This document shows positions 1-12,421 of a stretch of DNA of 64,000 nt, in pieces. The stretch covers positions 39,866,001 to 39,930,000 of the forward strand of contig OZ320320.1 of the NCBI GenBank assembly GCA_976226885.1, read 5' to 3'. Below the pieces are notes generated by a model. The model searched no databases and was not told where the DNA came from. It worked only from the letters and a program-made list of their open reading frames with translations. The position numbers were made by a program, and so were the translations under genes. This DNA is from Iphione sp. A-MEVVRFRX5 (lineage: Eukaryota). Within the stretch, counting starts at the first letter, position 1, and each line of letters opens with the position of its first letter.

Positions 1-1700
1 ACTGGGCCAATATTACAATGTGCACCCCCCTCCAGATTATTCTATTTCAGGATCATGCCATATGAACTTTGTAATGCCCCGTCAACGGTCAAGTGACTCA
101 TGGATGTGGTATTATGGGGATTAGTCTGGGAAGCCTGCCTGGTCTCACTTGATGGCATGATCATCATTGCAGCCACAGTTCAAGAGATGTCTGAACAATT
201 GAGTAAGGTACTGTGGTGGATCGAGGGACCATACTAAAGATCAAGTTGACTTAACTACCTTGGGAACAACATCAATGTGGAGGGGGTTCGCCCTGATCCT
301 GAAAAGTGACTGCCATCAATATGTAGCCGGCCCTAGCTAACCTGCAGGAACTATATGCCTTCATCAGGTTGGCTTCCTACTACAGTTCTTTCATTCACCA
401 CTTCAACCAAAGAGCGGGGCCCTCTCCATCATCTACTGGATAAAGGGGCTGAGTTCCAGTTGTCAATAGAGATTTATGAGGCTTTCCAAGACGTGGAGAA
501 CTGTCTGACCACGATGCCAATCCTGGGCTACCCAGAACCAGAGGGGCAGCTAATCATGGACTCAGATGCTTTGAATTTTGGGCTAAGGGCAGTCCTTTCC
601 CAGGTTGAAGATGGTAGGGGCTGGGTGTTGATGTATGCCAGTCGAACGTCATCCCATCTGGAGTCCAAGTACTGCGTGAATTGAAAGGAACTGCTCACTT
701 TCATCTTTGCCCTCCACAAGTTCAAGACAAAAGTTAGTGGGTGGGGGCAGTAGCATGCATGGACCACTGCAGCCTCTGCTAGCTAATGCAGTTCAAGGAA
801 CCTAAAGGCCAGATGGTCTGATGGCTGGAAGAAATAGCCGACTGGGAGGTGGAAATTGTCCACAGGCCAGGTAGGATATATCAGAATGCGCTGCCCTATC
901 CAGAGGACCCTTTTGACAGTGTGGCCACATTGAGGTCCCAGGTGAGGAGGACTGATTCATGGGGAAGACATCCGTCACCACGGAGGTACAAGTATCCATG
1001 TCCAGGCTTGCCCTTCAATCCTCAAATGGTGGAGAGAACTTAGGATGATCCTGTCTTGAAGAGGCTAGGGGAACTTTTGAAGCAGGGGCAACCACCTCTT
1101 AGACTGGTGCCAGAAATGGGCCATGAGGAACGATGACTGATTAGTAAATGGGAGTGACTTACAATTAAGGGCTGCTCATACTGTGACGTCGGGCTACAAA
1201 GGATGGATGTACTTGGCAGCTAGCACTGGTCCCCACCCCCCTTCAGAAACGATGTTGGAATGTTTGATGGCCATCTGGGGCCCCACAAGACCTTAGTGAG
1301 GCATTGGTACATGAAGTCCTTTGTCTGTGTAAGTCATGGCCAGTCATCCACTAAGAGAGGAATTTCAAGGCAAAGCTGGTGGGGAAGGTCCTACAAGAAT
1401 GTGGAATTTAGAATACTTGGACTATCCCTTACAACCCTCAAGCCAACGGGATGGCAGAGAGATTTATTCAGACACTGGAACACATGCTGGGGACCATAGC
1501 AATAGAAGATAATTGCGATTGGGACTTCTGCCTGCTCTTCATAGCAGCATATAGAGCAACCCCCATCATCACACTGCTTTCTCTCCCAAACCAGGAAACT
1601 AGCCTTCCCCTGTCGGTTGCGTATGGGGGCCCTCCAATGGAAAAGGGGGGAGGGGAGGCTGGCCCCAAGCATGTGGGGGGTATAAATGTTAAATTATGAC
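1..1700 (+). pseudogene. pol: Heavily decayed Ty3/Gypsy pol fragment (RT end, RNase H, integrase)
   Basis: MPYELCNAPS-like RT motif near 55-85; LTTMPILGYPEPEGQLIMDSDALNFGLRAVLSQ...YASRT (355-684); GHLGPHKT and HPQANGMAERFIQTL integrase motifs (1260-1500); many stops and frameshifts. Confidence 0.85.
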
Positions 1701-2274
1701 CTTCAGGTAACATTACAATATAACATGTCTACAATGCTGTGGTTTGGTTAGTTCAGAAAAAGACCTTCACACAATATTGTATAAATGTTAAATCACAACC
1801 TTCACATAGTGCTATATTAGAATATGTATAGGACATTGTAGTTTGATTAGGTTAGAAAAAAGAATTTATAAAACATATCAATGTTAAGTCATAATATTTA
1901 AGTAACATTAGGATGACACAGATGTAGAATATTGTAGTTTGGTCAATTATGTTTCTAGAGTGTAATTTGGTTACATTGGGTAATGAAGATAAGAAATTCT
2001 CAACAAGGGTTCAAAGGAAGTCAAAATAGCTAAGTGAGTTAGGTGTTGGACTTGGAAGCAAAAATAATGGGTTCAAACCCCACAGTGGCAAGTGTGAATT
2101 TTTAATTTGGTCATGGTGGCAGGAAAGTTTTTCTCACAGTGCTTCACCACAATATTTTAGACACGTTTAAAAATGTCACCATTTTACATTACTACAACAT
2201 TATACAATAACATTACTACAAACAGAACACAATGTTGCCACAGCATTGTGGCAATGTTACATTGTTTGCTAGGG
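1680..2274. mobile_element. Right part of a MITE-like element with degenerate ~105-bp internal repeats, ending ...TGTTTGCTAGGG
   Basis: About three degenerate TATAAATGTTAA...TGTAGTTTG units (1680-1950); terminus resembles the GCTGGG end of the element at 60232-61497; left end not found. Confidence 0.4.
2027..2104 (+). other. tRNA-derived (Pol III A/B box) remnant, SINE-head-like
   Basis: A-box-like TAGCTAAGTGAG (2027), B box GGTTCAAACCC (2070), T-run at ~2099; no full cloverleaf. Confidence 0.5.
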
Positions 2275-3481
2275 ACCTCCTGGTTAGAGAGGCGGAAATC
2301 CTGGTTAGGAAGGTGGAACTCTGGATTACCCCCTTGGCTATGGGCCTGTATATGTATGTAGGGCTTTGGCTAAAAACCATCTCACAGGGGAAAGAAAGTG
2401 GGGGAGAGACCAAAATTGGTCAGAACCATTTTTCTGTACATTTGCTATATGTTAAAACCTTGTAGTGGATACCATTTCATAAGGGAGACCATTTCAGGGG
2501 AGAAACCAACACTTTTAGTACCAAACAACCCATTTTAGTTCACAGAAGAGACCAAAGCAGGCCAAGATAGGAGGAAGGAGGCCATGCCCGGAAGGGCACA
2601 AATGCAGACAGCATGCAGGCAGGGATAAATGGCAGGAGGGTATCTACAGGTGCAGGAGGCACGAGCACTGTCTCAACACCCTGGAGAAGGCACAGTCTCT
2701 TACTCCTTTGAATAGGGTATACACTGGCGGGGAGGTGAGACCATGGTCTCGACACCTTGGTGGAGGTGTTAGGTGAGCAGCAAGTATCAGCCCACCCAGG
2801 AGAATACATAAGCCCCTCCAGCAAACCACTGAGACCATTCTTTCTCCTGCTGACATCTCACCATCATCTCGCTGCCAACTGCCGTCTCACCATTGTCTCA
2901 CTGTCTGCCACGGTCATCTGACTGCCTGCCACCGTCATTTTCCGCATTTGCACTCCCACCTTCTACCCATGGCCTCCTGCCTTCTATCCCTGCCTACCTG
3001 TGATCTATATTTGCACTCCTACCTGCTGCTCTTGTTTCACCACGTTTCCGGGTTCTCATGGTTCACTAAGGTCACGATTCTCGATTCACGATTTGTGTTG
3101 CAGTCAAAATAGTCACTACAAGGATGCTTAGTGTCAAACAGTACAAACACAAAAGGTTCACATATCCTGTGTTGATATTCATCGCCTTCACAATATCAGT
3201 AATTGTTTTATGTCATGTTAACTAATCCAATTTAATAGTTCTTCCTTAAATTGTTTTCACTCATTGTTACGAAGTGCGACAGCCACAGCAACCAAGCAAG
3301 CACACATGCCCAGGTGAGGGAAATGAATGAAAATATCAGGGTTTACTGTCTGACAAAGGGCATTGCCCCTGCCCTGAGCCCTGCCATGGAATCTCATGTC
3401 TATCACTAAAAAAGAACTATTCACAGAAATCTAGACCAAAATCAGTCAGTGCCAAGTTCGGTCTCCTAAGCGAGGCTCCAC

Positions 3482-3558
3482 TGTATGTGTGTATGTTTCT
3501 GTGTATTCGTGTGTGTATATGTGTACATGTATATATGTATACATGTATTATGTATGTA
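3482..3558. repeat. (TG)/(TGTA)n microsatellite
   Basis: tgtatgtgtgtatgtttctgtgtattcgtgtgtgtatatgtgtacatgtatatatgtatacatgta. Confidence 0.9.
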
Positions 3559-4361
3559 TCTTGTAGGTCCGCACTGGCACCAATACTGGACAGGTGGAGC
3601 TGGAGGCCTCAGACGTTACCCCCGATACCCCCTTGGCTATCGGCCTGGTAAGAATAGTGTCACCACAACGTCAACCAACCTGTTTATATTGACAGGGTAA
3701 CTGGAATCAACAATGTCTGTTTCTATACCAATAGGTAAAGAAACACCTTATATGGCATATATATTAACTAAATTATTTCAACAGATTCCCTTTTGAACTT
3801 TTAGCGGAGTTTTAGCAGATCTAAAAGTGAAGCCACATGTTCTACAAATTGGCAACCTGGCTTTTGGATATATTGCTTGATGCCACACTATGGGCCTGCT
3901 TCGTAATGTACGAATGTCTGTTGCCGAACATGTAGCAGCGTATGGCAAGAATGTCAGTAATCAAGAAAGTATGCCAAATTGGTAGATTACTTGAAAGAAA
4001 TGGACGTCCCAGGAATGGCAGTCCGTAGTTCGGCATGGGTTTCCTAATACTACAGGATGCCGTAGGTGGAATGCTTGATCACAGAAATGCAAGCTGTTGG
4101 CGGGTAACCTAGTTCGTGTGTTTAAATAGTAGATACCAGCAAATTAGGAAATAATTACCACAGCTCCTTCGTAGGATAAACGTAAACCTAAATGAGACAC
4201 TAAGGCATTTCAACAATGCTTATTAAATAAATATATCTTTGGCCTGTGACCTAGGGATGACCCCTGGAACATACACACTCTTCTTTATCCATTCGAGTAT
4301 AATGTAGAGGTAGTGTCTCTTCACCTACATAACAAAAATGTTATTCTATTCTAGAACCATA

Positions 4362-4706
4362 AGGCCAAAAAACAAAAATTGGTCAGTTTCTGGTAATGAC
4401 CAACCAAAAACCTAGGTTGGGAGGGGGAATATTTTTTTTTCAACTCTCTTCCTCTAGTTTTCAGTAATAATAAAGATAAGATGAAGAATTTTGACCAATA
4501 TGTATGAGTTTTACAGTTTTTTGTTGAATTTCTACAGATTTTGTTGTTTTTCTATGGAATTTACTGAAAATATGCATCATGAAAACACATACCTAAGGAA
4601 ATTCAGCCTTGGAAACTCCTTGGGGCAAAAAACAACTTTGGGTAGGGTGAGGTTTTACTAGGTAGGGGTGGGTTACCAGAAACACACCTATTTTTTGTTT
4701 TGGCCT
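4362..4706. mobile_element. MITE (~345 bp) with ~50-bp imperfect terminal inverted repeats
   Basis: Left AGGCCAAAAAACAAAAATTGG..TTTCTGGTAA..CC.ACC..CCTAG matches the reverse complement of right CTAGGTAGGGGTGGGTTACCAGAAACACACCTATTTTTTGTTTTGGCCT; flanks TA / AA. Confidence 0.75.
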
Positions 4707-4759
4707 AAAGGGGCCAGATATAATGGCCAAAGGGACTTAACAGATATATGAAATACTTA

Positions 4760-5524
4760 GCTGTGTCATATGACCGTAGGGCATCCGACTTATAGACAAG
4801 AAATGAAGAAGTAGTAGACCAGGTTCCTTACACCCTAATCTCTTGCTCGGAGGTGTCCATCACTTGCGGCAGGGTGGTGCCCCCTCTTCGGAAGCTGTGA
4901 AGGGTGTATCTTCTCTCATCAACTTGGAGCTCTCTAAACAGGACCTTCAGGGTGTTGGCAACTGCATTAGTTGTAAAGGTAACGGTAGAACCAGGTTGCC
5001 GGAACAGTGGCTGATCGTCGGTTGTTGTAGGATCAGCTCATAACACACTCTTAAGAGCAGCCAAGGGGCACAATGGAGATTCAGGAATGGCATGAACATA
5101 TAATCTTTGACATGTCTATTGCCTTTGACCACTTGACAAATATCTCAAAATTTGCATCATTGACAGTGACATCACCTCTTGTGAGATGTTTGTGACCATC
5201 GAATGGGCCGCCTTTCTTAGGGAAAAGATTAGATTGCCTAAGCAGGCTAAAGAATAATAACAGAAAAATGGCTTTCAATTCTCATCCCAAGGGGTTGTTG
5301 TTATTGAGGAGTCTAACTATGTCGAACAAGATTTCAAGGGTAATGGGGTCTTTTCTATCAACCTGGTGAACTAAACACTTCTGCAAAGATCGTAATGCCA
5401 CCTTGATCTTATTGTGCTGTAGCAGCTCATGTGGAAAACCAAGATTTGGAAAATAGAACCTCCAAGCCGAAACATATTGTGAGACCATGGCTGGGGTAAA
5501 AAACTTAGCCAGATACTCTATCAT
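4760..5524 (-). pseudogene. Tyrosine recombinase of Ngaro-1
   Basis: FFSLLRQSNLFP..FDGHKHLTRGDV (catalytic R box) and YTLHSFRRG (HxxR, ~4880-4907); frameshifts and stops. Confidence 0.88.
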
Positions 5525-5780
5525 TACCAGGAGATCGTGCAGCTGGGGATGGCAATAGTCAATATCATAGTGAAGACAAACCCAAGATATAGTGCTAGAA
5601 TTCTCTGAGGGGACTTATGGGTATATTCGGTAACTGCTTGCCTCTGTCGACGGGCAGCTCAGTCTGCTAGTACTCATAGGCACGGATCTGTAAATTCAAG
5701 AATTTAGTATCTGGTTAACAACATTATGATGCAGATCTAGACATAGACAAGCTGGAAATCTTTTTTATGAAATTGAGCTA

Positions 5781-6900
5781 CTAGGGCCCAAAATATAGGG
5801 GCAGTGTCGTATCTTGACATTGCATCAAGATACACCATCTCTGAACCTGTACAAATTTTATGTAGATGTTACATTTAGCTTGACGATACCAGAGGGCATG
5901 ATCTGCTGATTGCATTACTGGATCTCGGATTCCTCCTGAGTTAAATGCATTAACTGAGGCTTGGTTATCACAGTACATGAGAATAGATGTAGCAATGTTG
6001 ACCCCTGGCTGTACAAATGTTAGGACGGCTATTGCAACATTGACTGCTTCCAGCCTTGTGATATTCATGCCCTTTAAGGATGGTGAAAGTGGTAATCCAT
6101 AATAATATTTGCCGCTATATTCACCAATACCTGATAAGGAGGCATCACAGAAAATCGTCACATGACACAGATTAGGCTTAGGATGATATGAAGTACCATT
6201 AAACTGGGCATGAATTGGATGAACCATGATAAATCCTTCTTGAATTGGTCTCTATCATAAATATGCGATGAGCCTCGTACAGTATCTTGTCGATACTGGT
6301 CTAGGATACGTGATACAAACAATCTTGTTGGGTGGACACAGCGTGCTACATGATTTATTGCTCCTAATAACTGTTGGATCTTTTGAGGAGCACATTTCTT
6401 TCTGTATATTAGGTATTTAACCATGTGTAACAATTTAGTGAGTTCGACGGCTGGAATTGTCATAGCTGCCCGTGTCATGTCAAACTGGACTCCCAGCCAT
6501 TGAAATACCTTTGAGGATGGAGTTGTCTTATCTGTAGCGATTACCAAACCAGTTTGTTGTATACATGAAAGAACCTTATGATATACTGGCCATACTTGGG
6601 AAGCTTCTGCGACAAAGACGTAATCATCCAAGTATGCTAGGGCATTGGTATGGTCCGCCTGTCTAATATAATAATTGATTAATCTGGTATGTTCTGCATG
6701 TATAAAGATGAGTGACGGGTCAAAATGATATTGTGAATGATTCTTGACAACCAACAGTGGCCAGTCTAATGGGTCTGCTTTAAACTGGCGATACGCCCAG
6801 CTCAGATCGAGTGTGAACATCATCGGATTGGACATGGGTAACCAAAGTATAGCCCTGGAGTAACATGTGAATTAACATCATCGCTGATAAATCTACAATG
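5781..6900 (-). pseudogene. RT-RNase H of Ngaro-1
   Basis: LDLSWAYRQF, AYLDDY (RT); FCDASLSGIG, NITRLEAVN, YCDNQASV (DIRS-type RNase H). Confidence 0.9.
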
Positions 6901-7109
6901 ATAATTCTGAATCTCTGGGGGTTCAAGCGGCAGACCTTGATACCCTATAGGAAAGCCAAAGGCTAAGGCATCATAGAGAAACGTATCAAGTTCATGGGAA
7001 AAATCAAATATAGCAGCAATATATTGCAAGTTAATATGTGTGGGCAGCAACTGACGAAGTTCCATATGGTTATGATGGCGGCTGGCCCTCACTGAATTGT
7101 AGACATTTT

Positions 7110-7660
7110 TCAATGGCTGAGGGATGTCAGAACTGATGGACGGCCATGACACCAACCTCTGAAGTGCTTGGTCATCGAAGCTGGGAAAGAGAATTGAGAG
7201 AGAGAGAGGGTGGGGGGTGGGGTTGTGTTGAGAGTCTCTGGAATGTCTGGATCAATGTTTTCTTGGTGGATATCTTGTAGTCGCCCATTGCCATTAGGTC
7301 TTGCCTTTTTCCGCTGTGACTGGACACCAGTCCTGCATTCTTCTGGCTTAGCATCGACTCGTCTCTTCATTCTACATTGGTTGAGCTTGTGGTCGAAATG
7401 TTTACTGTACATGTAATAACAGACAGGACATGAGTGGATTAATTCAAGCTGTTTGGTCTTAGAGTCACGTTTGTTTTCACTCTTGCTGGCAATCCAGGCT
7501 GGGCAAATAACGGTCCTAGCCTTAGATTTTACTGTGGAGTCTGGTCTATCTGCCTGAAGAAAGTTACAGACTGCCCTTATTTTTGTCTATTGGCTCAAGC
7601 GGAAGTCATCCCACTTAAAGATGTTCTAATTGAATGAATGCCATAGCTCGCCTACCCGCT
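7110..7660 (-). pseudogene. gag: Gag-like region of Ngaro-1 (C-terminal part)
   Basis: FKWDDFR motif and Cys/His cluster HSCPVCYYMYSKHFDHKLNQC immediately upstream of RT. Confidence 0.55.
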
Positions 7661-7990
7661 AGGCTAAAGGGGGTCAAGGTGTGGCCACATGTTCTTGAGT
7701 GACCTCACATACATGTTTAACCAGTCTCTCTGTAGATAGTAATAATAATAATAAAAATAGTAAATTTTATGGATTCCAACAATCGTCCTAGCAGACAGTT
7801 TACATTGCGTGGAATACATAGTACAAGGCTAAAGGGGGTCAAGGTGTGGCCACATATTCTTGAGTGACCTCATGTACATGTTTAACCAGTCTGTCTGTAG
7901 ATAGTAATAATAATAAAAATAGTAGATTTTATTGATTCCAACGATCTTCCTAACGGACAGTTTACATTGCGTGGAATACATAGCACAAGG
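7661..7990. repeat. Tandem duplication, 2 x ~165-168 bp, spanning the LINE-A 3' end/target junction
   Basis: CTAAAGGGG(G)TCAAGGTGTGGCCACAT...GGAATACATAGYACAAGG at 7661-7828 and 7829-7990. Confidence 0.95.
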
Positions 7991-8097
7991 TAATGTCTGA
8001 CAATTAAATGACATTACCAGGGTGAAGGTGACAATATATAGATGTTGATTGGATATGATAACTGTCTTTATTTATTTGATTGAGTTATTCAGGACTT

Positions 8098-10987
8098 TCA
8101 GTAAGATTTTCCAGTCAGGGTATAGCATACCAAACTGGTCATATTAATGAATTCCACTGGATCAATTATGTTTCTAAATAATGGGTCAAGTTTGTTCCAT
8201 AGACTAGCACCAGTATAGATGATTCCTTTTCTGCATGCATCACTTTTGGGAATGACTTGCTGTAGTAATACTCCATCAGAATTTCTGGTGACAGAGGCTG
8301 GCTTAATTGGCAATATCCCAATCTTAATCACTCTGAACATTGATTTGATTGTTAAATGTGTTCTTCTTATATACGTGCTCTGTATCCACATACTCAGATG
8401 TAAATCCTTATTATGTATCTCAAAAACCTTTGAATTTTCTCTCTTTTTTTATAATAAAAATGATTCTGAGGCATCTATTCTGCAATGACTGAAATTTTAT
8501 TAGGATTTTTGCCAAGCACAGAATGAGATACATCGTACTGTAGTCTATTATTGGCTGTATAGTGGACTTGAAGAGCATTAATGCAATTTCAGGAGAGAGA
8601 TTGCCTTTGATTTTTGTTCAGATGATAGATTTTGGTTGATAGTCATTTGCAGAGCTTGTTAGCTTCATCATTGAATGACAGTTTATTGTCTTAGGTTATG
8701 CCTAGATACTTATAAGTCACAACAAATTCAAGGCCTTCATTGTAGAGGTTGACGACTGGTTCATTGTTAGTCATTTTGTGTCTGCCAATATATATAATTT
8801 TGGATTTGTTGACATTAATTGCCAATTTCTGTGAGTTACACCAACTTTCAAGTTCCTGGCATGTTTTCGAGAGTTTTGCTGCAAGGTCACTGGTGGTGTG
8901 AGATTCAGTGTATATTACAGTGTCATCAGCAAATAGAATGACTGGTTCACTGATGAACCTTGTCAAGCCATTTATGAACAGGGAAAACAGTAAAGGTCCT
9001 GGAGTTGACCCTTGAGGTACTCCACATTTGACTTGACTTCAGTCAGATATAATGTTATTGCATTTGACGCATTGAGTTCTATTACCAAGGTAGTTTTCAA
9101 ACCACTCTATGGTATCCTTGTTGAAATAGAATTCATTCCTCAGTTTACTTAATAGTAAGTCATGGTTGACTGTATCAAACACTTTTTTCAAATCGATGAA
9201 TAGTAGACCCGATATCTTTTTATTGTTCATAGAGATATATTGATCATTCAATAACTTGAGAATAGCCGAGTGTGTGCTCCTATTTGCTCTGAATCCAAAC
9301 TGGGCATTTGATAATAGTGAATATTTCTCAAGATGGGTCTACAATTGCTTGTACACTAAATTCTCAAGAATTTTCACAAAGATAGAAACTTGAGATATGG
9401 GTCTATAGTTGGTTGGATCAAGTTTGGAACCACCTTTGTACAATGGTATGACAGTTGCGGCCTTCCAGTTGTCAGGTATTTAATTTATTTGAATAGACAG
9501 ATTCAGAAGGTAAATTAGCTGATTCACACATTGCCCCAGGAGGATTCTTAGTGTTTTGGTGTTAAGTCTTGGTACATTTGAGGCTTTGTTCAGTTTGAGA
9601 TTTTTGATAACCATAACTACGTCATCCTTGGTGATTTCTTGCAGGCAGAATTCCTCATCAACTGGGTTTCTGGTAACAGTTTCTACTCTGGCTTTAGATA
9701 CAGGAACACTGTTCATAATCTGATACCCACAATTGGTGAAGTGCTCATTGAATTTATTTGCAACTGTAGAAGGATCATCATCAGTTCCCTGAAGGAGTAC
9801 ATGACTATTTCCAGATGTATTAGCACCTGTGACGGATTTTATAATCTCCCACATTTAAGCTGGGCAATGTTTATTGGATTCAACCCTGTTTCTTATATGG
9901 CATTCCTTGTGTAATTTCACATATTTGATTAGGTCATTTCTTAGTTTTTTGGCAATATTAGTAGTGTCCTGATCGTTCTGCTGTTTAGCTTTTCTCAGGA
10001 AGTTTAGTCATCCATGGATTTTGATTGGCTTTGCTGGTTATACAATGCTCTGGGAAGAAGTAATCAGCAGTGATTAGTAGATTATTGTAGAAGACATTCC
10101 ATGCCGTGTTGATGTCATCTGTATTGTATAGCATATATCAGTTTAGACTGTTCAGGTAATCTCTTAGTCTTTCAAGGGCTGGGTTATCGGTGCCTTTCCT
10201 GATGTAGTGATGCTGAACTGGTTCCTTGTAGCATTATGATCAGACAGGTGCATATCCAGGACACCTGCTATGCATACATATTTAATGTTAGAGAATATTA
10301 CATCGATCAAGCTACTATGATTCTTTCCAGATCTCATTGGTTCCTTGATATGTAACGTTAAACCGTAAGATTTAAGCAGTTGTCTCAAATCCGATGCTGG
10401 TTTGCTCTGTGTGTCAAGCATGTTTATATTTATGTCACCTGTAATGATGATATCTCTCCTGTAGTCAAGTGAACTCATAATTGATTTCAATTTAGAAATA
10501 AAATTTGGGATAGAGCCTGAAGGAAAGCGATAACAGTTGATGGTAATAGTCTTCTTATGGTTCTTTGGCATCAATAGTAGGCATTGCACTTCCAAGTCAA
10601 AATTACTAATATTTAGATGACTATAGAAATCATCAATCGTATGCCTACTATATTTCACTAGGCCTCCTCCACTTTTAGATGGCTGATCAGTATAATTCCT
10701 ATCAAATCTGCTTAGATTATATCATTCAAAAGTAATTAGGTTTGCATTGATTCGGGGTGTTAGCCAAGATTCATGTATACAGATAGTGTCAATTTTGTTA
10801 CTTTCAAGAATTACATTTAATAGAGATGCTTTATTATACGATGATCTTATATTAAGTTGACATATTTTAATACCTTTATATTTACTAATTGAGTCAATCT
10901 TAGTTCCACTTTGACTTATATGTATATCGTAATATCTTTATTACATTACCTGATATAGAAGACAATGTGTTGTCAAGTATGCCCATC
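8098..10987 (-). pseudogene. LINE-A ORF2: APE endonuclease + reverse transcriptase
   Basis: QLNIRS / IHESWL, ITGDININML, SLIDVIFSN..SDHN (APE); YRPISQVSIF, FIDLKKVFDTVNH, GVPQGS, LFADDT, KYLGI (RT); multiple stops. Confidence 0.93.
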
Positions 10988-11265
10988 TAGTATGTCTTTA
11001 CACGTACTGAAATATTTGTACATTCGCTTCACTATAATAATGAGATGAAATAATGAGTTTGTGGGATCAAATGACATAAGTGATGATCGATTAGATTTCA
11101 ACAGAGATAATTGTGGTAGTAACCGATTTATTATATATGTTTATAAATGAAAGAACAAGTGCGCTTTTAGAAGAACAAACACATCAAAGTGAATATAACT
11201 AGTGTGAAATACTGGATTACGATATAATCGATTGATATGTACAGTAAATTGTAACCATAAAACAA

Positions 11266-11625
11266 TATGAGGTGAACTGATTTACCCTCATACTTAGTAT
11301 AGGTTATTGAATTAATGGATTTCCTGTGGTAAGCGGGTGTCACCAGACATAGCAGCCTGATTAAATGAATGTGGCAAGATCATTTCATACAAATGATTAC
11401 TCATTTTTGAGAAACGAGAGGTGAGAGTGAGGTAGATTGATCTAACCTAACGACTTAATTCATGATGTAATACAGATACAGATGGAGTCATGAGATAAAT
11501 TCATTTACCCTCAGCTGTGGTACACAGGAGTTGAAAAAATGATAGGAGGTACATTGATTTACCCTCATCGGTGGTTCACCGGAGTTGAAAGAACAGTATG
11601 AGGTAAATTGATTTACCCTCATACG
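11266..11625. repeat. 54-bp tandem repeat (x3, 11487-11625) plus a dispersed copy (11266-11292); core TATGAGGTAAATTGATTTACCCTCATA
   Basis: TTTACCCTCA ends spaced 54 bp apart (11513, 11567, 11621); the core is quasi-palindromic. Confidence 0.9.
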
Positions 11626-12345
11626 AGGTTCCTTATAGGATAATACTGTATCCACACTCCATTCAAGCCAAAATGTTGGAGCAAGCAGGAACAGAATTAA
11701 TCGCGATGTGTCTTTCACAAATTGGTTTGCCCAGAATGCTGATGTTTCTGTCATTGGATGCAAATCATCAAACAGTTTATTAAAAAAGGCTTCATATCTG
11801 TGATTTTTTCCATGATATGCATGGACTGGTGCCTCTACCCATGCAGGGGTGACATCAAGATAAATATTGGTCTTGATAATAAGGTTATTAATTTTTTGTA
11901 TACCCTTGATAAAAGCTTTTTGCACAGGTGGATCTATTGGTATAAAGGCCCCACCCTGTGTAGAAAATGAATTATATTTATTAAAATCGATCGCTGTTAT
12001 TGGGCATCATACAATTGGAGGTAGATGCCTAATGTCACTCATACATGATACATGCATTCTTAGTAACGCTGAGAGATAATCAAAAAGTTCGTTGTCATCG
12101 GTGTACACAGGAACAGACCTCACATCAGTGGAATTGTGTCTGATGAGATCACAGATTCCACCAAAGATATATATCAGGTCATAGGAGAGGGTTTGTCTGT
12201 CATTGTAGATACACTTGGTAATGCGATGTAGATCTCCACCTGGATGAATACAAACCTTGTAAGTATTACAGTGCCTATCAATGTCGTTCAGTAGCCTTTG
12301 TAGCCCTCTGCCTCTCGAGTCAGATAGTATCAATACATTACGGTG
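11488..12345 (-). pseudogene. LINE-A second ORF: SGNH/GDSL esterase
   Basis: ILSDSRGRGL (block I Ser), FGGICDL (block III), FDDLHP (DxxH); the two track ORFs (12007-12333, 11488-11925) are in one frame split by a single TGA. Confidence 0.75.
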
Positions 12346-12421
12346 CTTGTGAAGGTGTTCAAGTGATTCACCCTAGGAAGGATAGAGGCAATAGGGTAGT
12401 TTTAAAAGTTTCATTTAATAT

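Larger units (their letters stand above)
4740..7660 (-). mobile_element. Decayed Ngaro/DIRS-type tyrosine-recombinase retrotransposon (Ngaro-1): gag - RT/RH - YR
   Basis: Gene order gag (7110-7660), RT (6158-6900), RNase H (5781-6227), YR (4760-5524); no LTRs or integrase. Confidence 0.9.

Noticed and set aside
2540-3090. Possible LINE ORF1 N-terminus (MRTRKRGETRAAG...) on the minus strand
   Set aside because: Multiple stops and no alignable domain; too weak to call
4760-5524. Phage or bacterial integrase, or prophage (also 27130-28065)
   Set aside because: The YR sits downstream of DIRS-type gag/RT/RNase H, with split direct repeats in Ngaro-2; the context is eukaryotic
11597-11623. MS2-operator-like hairpin
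   Set aside because: Only superficial (AUGAGG start, single bulge); stem length and loop differ; kept only as a generic hairpin
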